Source: Macrostomum lignano (Eukaryota). From it: a DNA stretch of 64,000 nucleotides. The position numbers and the translations under genes are program-made. Below are positions 57,101 to 64,000 of the stretch, in pieces. The notes under the pieces are model-generated. The model was not told where the DNA came from and did not search any database. It worked only from the letters and a program-made list of their open reading frames with translations. Location: contig NIVC01000236.1 in assembly GCA_002269645.1 (NCBI GenBank), positions 124,001 to 188,000 of the forward strand, in the 5' to 3' direction. Positions within the stretch are counted from its first letter, which is position 1. The number at the start of each line of letters is the position of its first letter.

Positions 57101-58186
57101 ACTAATGCTTTATTAATAGAAGTTAAGATTTTCATTAATGGTACCCAACACTGACCAGAATGCTATCAAAATATTACTAAGATTGGGATTAATATGACAA
57201 TAGAATAGAAGTTTCTCCTGCAACAACTTGGTGTCAGCAATTGGAATTTTAATAGAAAGAAGTTAGCCTTATAACATACATACCTAAAGTAAAACCTCAA
57301 AAACAAACTTTTTGCACTTTTTTTGAAATAGTGCTAAAGCTATTTGTACCTTATAAATCTAATATAGACAGAAAAGCCATAACCTTTGTGATAAATCAAT
57401 TTTAGGCATAAAAATTAAAATTTATAGATAGGAGAACAAAAAAAGTTGGCAAAGAAACATTTTTGCTAGTTTTGCTATAATTTATATAATGCTTTAAATT
57501 AATTTTTCTTTTGTCTATTAAAAAATATAAATAATTTTGTATATTAAAAGTTATTTTTCAACTTGGGGACAATAAAGCTAACCTGTTGAAAAAAGTAAAA
57601 ACAGACTTGTCAAAAATTCAACTCAAGCATGTTTAAAACAAAAGATTAGTTAAAATTAGATCCTATGTATAACTTTTTTTATTAGAGGCAGGGGGGTTGT
57701 GTGCACCCTGGCGCACTTTAAGCGACATAGGCACACAACCGGCGAGAGGCATTACTGCCCATTCCGCCGACTCCCCTGAGCAGGCATACAAGCACGCGGA
57801 TACGCACACAGGCACACACTCACACAGGAGTGTACAGCGGCCCTAACTTTATATTATCGTTAGGCATGTACACTTCACTGCGCCTTGGGGGGTTGGCTCT
57901 CAAAGCCGTTAATTGCACGAGCAGAGCCAAGCCGAGATTCCAATTTAGCCCCAAATTAATGTGACTGCACTTGGAATCGAGCCTGGGTCGCTGGCACACC
58001 AGAGCAGCTGCGCTATCGCTGGGCTACGGCCCCCCTCCCATGTATTACAAATTTGAAGCTGATTATTGAAATGCAATCCACTCACAGCTTTATGCTTTAT
58101 AATGAATATAAAAAATATACTTCAATCATACCTCTCTTTATGACGTAGAGATTCTCGCCACTTGGATGTCTACCTTCGCTTGACAT
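51197..58186 (-). CDS. RRM1: Ribonucleoside-diphosphate reductase large subunit (class Ia), about 822 aa
   Basis: Phase-consistent exons 58186-58132, 54959-54871, 54777-54035, 53695-53189, 52436-51794, 51628-51197 (2469 nt). ATP cone [16 protein letters not shown]. Catalytic motifs [43 protein letters not shown]-terminal CLSC. Confidence 0.97.
57674..58035 (-). mobile_element. Putative tRNA-derived SINE of about 360 bp in RRM1 intron 1
   Basis: Minus-strand head GGGGGGCCGTAGCCCAGCGATAG...GGCTCGATTCC (A- and B-box-like), a GC-rich body within AT-rich DNA, and a 3' taataaaaaaa tail. Flanks tcctatgtataac (57661-73) and tcccatgtattac (58036-48) match at 11/13 positions. Confidence 0.65.
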
Positions 58187-58770
58187 ATTTAGCAATTTTA
58201 GGAAGAATAATTCTTCTTTAAAACAATCTTGACGACTTCGAATAAGTAAAGCAACTTAACTTTACAATGCGAAAAATTACCAGAGCGGTGGAGTTGGATT
58301 ATAGAGATAGACTATCAGGTCAACGAGTCCTTCAAGGAGGTCGCACGTGTTAATTTCAACGATAATTTTGGTGCTTATAGATTGTATAAAGCAAAATTAC
58401 TACCATGAATAATAACAAAAACTTTCCTAACAGTAATGATTTCGGAATATTTATACTGTTTAAAGCAATGTCTGAAAGGCTTAGGCAAAAAAAGTTAGGA
58501 ATCTTGACAAAAAAAGAGCAGCGGAGTTTTAAAAAAGCAAAATCAAATTACCATTAGACATCTATAAATTGTTTATAAACTTATAACTGCAGCCACTGTT
58601 GGTTAATCTGGTTGGAAATATTTTTGTTATTTCTCGCAACTGATTACTTCTGAAATTTAACCTTATTCAATTTAGAAGATCAAAATTATCGCACGTGATC
58701 TGATTCTAAATTTTAGCACACTATAATTTTGATTGATTGAGAGCACAGATTTCTAGAATAACTATGATAT

Positions 58771-59169
58771 GGGCCACTCAGAAAATTTGCGTGAGAGGTA
58801 CTTTCAGTTCAGTAGCATTTTAATGTATTTTTGAAGACAAGGCCTATTTATTGGCTCTTATGTCTTGCCCCCCTAGCTTAATTAAACCCTCAAACTCGAC
58901 CACACCGAACTTTTCTACCCCCTTGCCACACGCCACCATTTTTTTCTTCCTCGGTTGTTCCAGCCTAAATCTGCCGTGTACATTTCAGTGGCTAATGTAC
59001 ATTATGGCTGAACCAATTAACAAGCTGTTTACGTCTGCCAAGCTTGGCTTCTAAACTTATCGAAGTCATCCAGCCGCCTATATTTTCTTATTATACCATA
59101 TGTAATACTTCATTGCAACTGAACTGAAAGTAGAAAGTGTTTTGCTAAGTATGTATTCCTGAGTGGCCC
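58771..59169. mobile_element. Putative MITE of about 400 bp with bipartite imperfect TIRs
   Basis: Left gggccactcag.aa...tactttcagttcagtagca mirrors right tgcaactgaactgaaagta...ttcctgagtggccc. Both sides are flanked by AT. Confidence 0.55.
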
Positions 59170-60029
59170 ATCTAGTTATACTCTAGTATATTTGTGATTA
59201 ATTGAGACATGAAATGTTTCCATCTTGGTGGTGCATTTTCCGCTTAAGTCGTACGTACTTCAGATTAAATAAGCATCTTGCACGGTTCCATAAAATATCA
59301 CAAGAAGAGACCTAAAGGACTGAAAAGATACTTCAATATTTGTCCTAAATATTTTGAATTAATAAATTGATAAAAATTCAATATAGCTCGTACTTCAACT
59401 GGTCGTTGGCTTTTGATTGTTAAGTGAGTTCCTAATATTTAAATTTTGGTTGCGTTGATAGAAAAAAGCGTTGGTTTGATTATTTAATTCCTCAATAAAT
59501 CTATGCATCATTTCATGGCGATTAATCATGCAGTCTATATAATTACGGGACGTACAGCTTTGAACAATGCATTCATTCGTCAATGCTTCAAATATTCAAA
59601 TATTCAGTAAACTTATAACTGCTTACTTAATCGGTGGAAAGTAAGTTCTGCATCTAAAAGCGCAAATACACTTGACTTACATGTAGTTGTACTTGTAACG
59701 AGCTATTATTACATGTATCTATTACATAAAACTTAAATTTAAACAAAAAGGCCGTTTTTATGAGCTATTTCAAATTTCTTTCTCGTGATTATTTAGTCTT
59801 TCGAGCATCTACAAATTGTTACATTTATTTCTTTCAAAGGAAACGATTTACACTCCTGTTCGAAATTGTCAAGCTTGGAACTTTAATGTAAGATATCGCA
59901 TATGCAAGCAACACCTGACTACATGTAATTCTCTGATTAATAAAAACTTAGTATTTGCTGAATGGATTACGCTGCAAAGTTTTTAACGACATTGCGCAAT
60001 GAGACACAAGCTCTAATGATTAGATTTAT

Positions 60030-60490
60030 TTAAATCCTCTGCTCATCCCAGTCGATGATGGTTGAGACGCCGCGCGACCGCGTGTCCATTGCTGGGCCCT
60101 CCTCGTCTGACTGGAACACGTCCGACAGAGCGATGGAGCTCGGCCGACTGAAGGACACGCTGCCCGGCTGCGAAGCCGCCTGATCCTCCGTGGTTGTCTG
60201 GGTCGCCGTTGCCGCCGCCGTCACTGCTGTCAAAGGCAAAGCCGCCGTCGTGGAGACATCGCACACCGTCTGCACTACGGAGCTCGAGCCGGCTGACACA
60301 GCGGTGCTCCGCAGCCAGCGTGTCACGGCGTCGTCTGGAAGTTGCTGCGATTCTGCCGCAGCCGTCGCCGCGGCCTCGCAGCTGCCGTAACTGCATTCCG
60401 GGACAGCGGCGACCGAAGGCAAAGTACAAAGGCTGGAGTCCTCGGTCTGACAGCCCACTGACACTCGAGATGGCTGCATTGCAGTCAGCC
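60030..60490 (-). CDS. Orphan GC-rich coding exon (probable terminal exon; Ser/Thr/Ala-rich, disordered)
   Basis: 149-codon ORF (MQPSRVSVGCQTED...DWDEQRI*) preceded by a candidate acceptor (gacgacag), with AATAAA overlapping the stop. No upstream exons identified. Confidence 0.45.
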
Positions 60491-60519
60491 TGTCGTCAGG
60501 TGGAAAATTAACTTCGCCG

Positions 60520-60725
60520 ATCTCACTGCCGATCTCACTGCCGATCTCACTGCCGATCTCACTGCCGATCTCACTGCCGATCTCACTGCCGATCTCACTG
60601 CCGATCTCACTGCCGATCTCACTGCCGATCTCACCTCAGATCTCACTTCCGATCTCACCTCAGATCTCACTGCCGATCTCACTGCCGATCTCGCTGCAGA
60701 TCTCACCTCAGATCTCACTGCCGAT
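60520..60725. repeat. 12-bp minisatellite (ctcactgccgat)
   Basis: Direct reading of the sequence. Confidence 0.93.
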
Positions 60726-63031
60726 CAGTCAAGGTTCAGTTTGACCTGCCTCCAATGCAGTCCACCTAATTAATAAGTCAGTGCTGCGCCGCCCTCAGCA
60801 GTGTATAGACTTTGGATAGATAGTTATTTTCCAGTGCAGCCAGCCTTAACACCTTGCACATCCCTGACCCACCCAGAGCCACCCCACCGACCAGCCTGAC
60901 TAGTGCAATTCCCCGTTCCACCAAACGATTCTATGATCCCGCACCCACCCTGCGAGCGAATCGTCTTCCCATTTCTCTCCCAATCCCCAATTTCTCCGAC
61001 CGCAGCTAAAAAGTCATTCCCCAAAACTTGCCGCAGTTCCGGGCGTGAGTCACGGAGTTTCATAGCTATCCAGGGGGAGCCCCGCTTGGTCAAGAAAATG
61101 AATCGCTTTGTGAACGATCGCTTCGGGCCGAGGATTCCAAGAATGCGCGCCCGAACTGTAATATAGCACTGCAGAGGGGCCATCAACTCTGCCAACTAAG
61201 AGAGAAGCTGCAAGGGTGATTTACTTGAATTGAAATGGGATATCTACTGGGGGGCCGTGATCTGCACTGATAATACACACCAACCAGCGGAGAGGAAAAC
61301 TGGTCGAGTTATTAATTATACTCGAGAAGCTTAGCGATTCAAATTTAAGGCCTTTTTTGGAGACTTCAGTTATCGTTCCATACCGGATGCGCTTCACTGA
61401 TTTGCCAGAGTCAATTTTTTTAATGCAAAAATAATCCTCCACCAGGAGGGCAACGGACCAAGCCACCGGAGAATTACTGCAAGAGCTTTGACATCAGCTA
61501 CAGCTCGTTGTGGCTTGGTCCTTGTCGCAGGAATACTGTTGACAGAAGCGTTGACAGAAGACTACTGTTGACAGAAGCGTTGACAGAAGACTACTGTTGA
61601 CAGAAAGCAGTCTGTCTGAGAGGCTTCAGATCGAGGTGGGTGTCTGTCTGAGAGGCTGCAGCTGCGGAGTTGAAATGTTCTGGGAGTCCGATAAAAACCA
61701 GCCTCCATCATTGAGGCAACTCTCATAGGGAGCAGTAAAGCTGATATGTTGCCGTGGTTTTTTCTGTTGAATTTTTCACGGCTGCGCTTTCATGCCATCA
61801 TAATTTCAAGAGTTACAGCCGGTTTCTATTCCGCTCTCGGGCGATGCAGACAAACCACTCCGATTTTCACATGATGGGCGCGTGAGCTGAAGTGTTTTTT
61901 GTTTTAACAATGCAGGTATTTTATTGTCTGTACATTTCTATTCAAGTTTGAGGTGAATTTCAGGATTGATCAGCAGAGCTCAGCCTATCGAGATATGGGA
62001 GCCAATATGGGGGGCAGAGCAGCTCCGACTCTTGCGCCTGGGCCCCGGTGTTAGACTTTGCCATCTCCGTGCGCTTGCTGTCTCCGGCCGGAGATCGCAA
62101 GACAAATGTGAGTCTGCTTTGCGATCTCCAGTCCCAAGAGTCGTTGTCCCAAGGTTTTTTGACTTTTTGTTAAAAAAATCATTTTTTAATACATTATAAC
62201 TTCTTTTACCAGGACATCACAAACCGGATATCGCAAAGCAAACCTTAAGTTTTCGGCCGGATATTCAACCTAGCTTGTGACTTCCGGGGGGGGGGAGACT
62301 GCAAGTACCCCGGAGAACGTGACTGGCATTATTGGCTTTACAATTTACAGTCAATAAAGTGGCCAGCTCAAAAATTTAATACAGGTAAAAAGTTGGAATA
62401 TCTAAAATTTGCCTCAATAATAATAATTTCAGCTCCCAGAATGACCGTCTGTCTCACCTGACTTTGCCAACCCCCCCCTGAATCAATCAATAAACTGAAT
62501 TTAAGTAGCGTTGATGATGAATGCATTTTATGAGCCGCCTGAGCGCATATAATAATGAGAGACGCCTAACAAGAGCCGGCAGCGGCTGACTTCAAGGATT
62601 AAAGCAAATTTTAATTGCCTCGGGGCTGGATCAATTTTTTTGTTCCAGATACAAGTTTAATATTTATGAGATAAACAGATATGAGCATGCATATGATTCC
62701 ACTGCCAGAGCTCTACTAAAGGATAGTAGGGGGGGGGGGGATATGCGTCCTCGGCGCTGACAAATTGCGACTAAAATAGCATGGTGGTATTGCTGAGTCT
62801 GTGGTCATTGGTAACACAAAAATATAGTAGTTTTTGTACTTCCATACTTATATTTTTGCTTCTTTTCTTCAAGAGCTCACTGTAAACAGCAATAGCTTTT
62901 ACTCAAATTCAATCGTCAAAAAGATAGAACACATTAAGTAACGTATAAAATATAAAAAAAGTAATGAGTTGTCATAGCTACTGCAAAGTTTCGATGCTAA
63001 AGAAGTCCGCTATCAAACAGTTCCAAGGCAA

Positions 63032-64000
63032 TCAGTGGCAAGAGGCCTTGGACAGAAAGTGGACGACCACCCTGCCTTGATCTTCCGGATTTCCGCCGGT
63101 GACGCCATAGCAACCGTTGTTGCCATGGCAATACGAGCCGCCGCCGCCTCCCGGCTGGTGGCTGGCCAGGCCGGCGCCGCCCCCGCTGAAGCCGCCGCCA
63201 CCGCCGCTGCCTCCAAACGCGTTGCCGCCGCCGCCGCCTCCGCCGAAGCCACCGCTGCCGCCGGAGTTGAGGACGCCGGCCACTCCGCCCAGCCAGGCCT
63301 CGCCGCGGCTGCCGCCGCCGTCCCCGTCGGCAACGGAGCGCCGGTTGTCCGGGGCGCGGCCGAGCCAGCCTGCGCCGGCGCCGCCGAAATAATAGACACT
63401 GGAGGCGTTGGCGACGTTCACGATGCCCGGCTGGCCGTTGGTGCCGCCGAAACCGTAAAAGCGGGAGTTGCAGCCGCAGGGCGTCGTGTCCGAGCCGCTG
63501 GTTCCGTTCTGGCCGGGAATACCTGCTCAGCGGATGCAAAATCATTTCATCATTTGGCCATTTAGCAGTGCCCCAGCTGACTTTGCAATGCCTTAATCTT
63601 GCAGTCAATAAGCTTAGCAGTCAGTCCAGCTCACCGACATCCCAAAGGTCCCTCCGCCGCCGCCGCCAGCTATGATCAGCGGCTGGTCGCCGACCTCAGT
63701 GCTGACGTACACGAAGCTTCCGCCGCCGCCGCCAGCTCCGGCTTTCTCGTGCGCCTGCGACGGGTCGCCGCCCCGCTGGCCAACCACGATGGCCAGCTGG
63801 GTGCCGGCTGTCAGGTTGAAGCTTCCCGCCATGAAGGCCCCTAGGCCGCCGGCTGTCACAGTCGGAGGCGTTGAGCTTGTCGGAGCTGAGGTACCGCCTT
63901 TGGCGCCGAAGGCCTCGATTCGATAGCAGCCGGTTAGGGAGATCGTCAGGGCCTGAATGGTGCCGTTGGGGCCTGTGCTCGAATCTGCAATTAAAATCAA
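63032..64000 (-). CDS. 3' part of a protein with an ALK/LTK-type glycine-rich domain (5' end outside the window)
   Basis: Exon 63984-63635: GTIQALTISLTGCYRIEAFGAKGG..GLGAFMAGSFNL..GTQLAIVVGQRGG..GGGGGSFV..PLIIAGGGGG. Exon 63522-63032: [39 protein letters not shown]. The splice phases disagree by one base. Confidence 0.75.

Noticed and set aside
57961-58035. Functional tRNA gene
   Set aside because: I could not fold a convincing cloverleaf or acceptor stem, the B box has a mismatch, and the sequence continues into a body, A-tail and TSD typical of a SINE.
51197-58186. Viral or horizontally acquired ribonucleotide reductase
   Set aside because: It has five spliceosomal introns, an ATP cone and a eukaryotic CxxC tail, so it is an ordinary host RRM1.
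60824-61466. Minus-strand ORFs as upstream exons of the orphan 60030-60490 exon
   Set aside because: No recognisable homology, and I could not establish a convincing phase-consistent splice path.

Overview
This is animal genomic DNA with GC-rich exons, GT-AG introns and a different minisatellite in almost every intron. That style is consistent with a free-living flatworm such as Macrostomum, which is an inference only. Gene models were rebuilt by hand and checked by splice-phase matching: (1) a 10-exon RIG-I/MDA5-like helicase with a CARD-like N-terminus (7163-16626, +); (2-3) two tandem intronless secreted Cys-rich proteins built from pacifastin-like modules (19178-20145 and 21283-22410, -); (4) a 5-exon receptor whose ectodomain is a bacterial-type PstS phosphate-binding protein, followed by a TM helix, a pseudokinase and a catalytically degenerate guanylyl-cyclase domain (27456-39281, -); (5) a GRAMD4-like gene (39884-47772, -); (6) the ribonucleotide reductase large subunit RRM1 (51197-58186, -); (7) an orphan terminal exon (60030-60490, -); (8) the 3' part of an ALK/LTK-type glycine-rich-domain gene (63032-64000, -). 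Mobile DNA comprises two Penelope-like RT remnants, a LINE fragment, two TIR elements and a tRNA-derived SINE with an imperfect TSD. The best candidate for an undescribed system is the PstS-pseudokinase-pseudocyclase receptor, a possible animal extracellular phosphate sensor. Second is the disulfide-rewired pacifastin-like module family. Three genes each appear to lack one base, apparently from a short homopolymer, most likely through assembly error.
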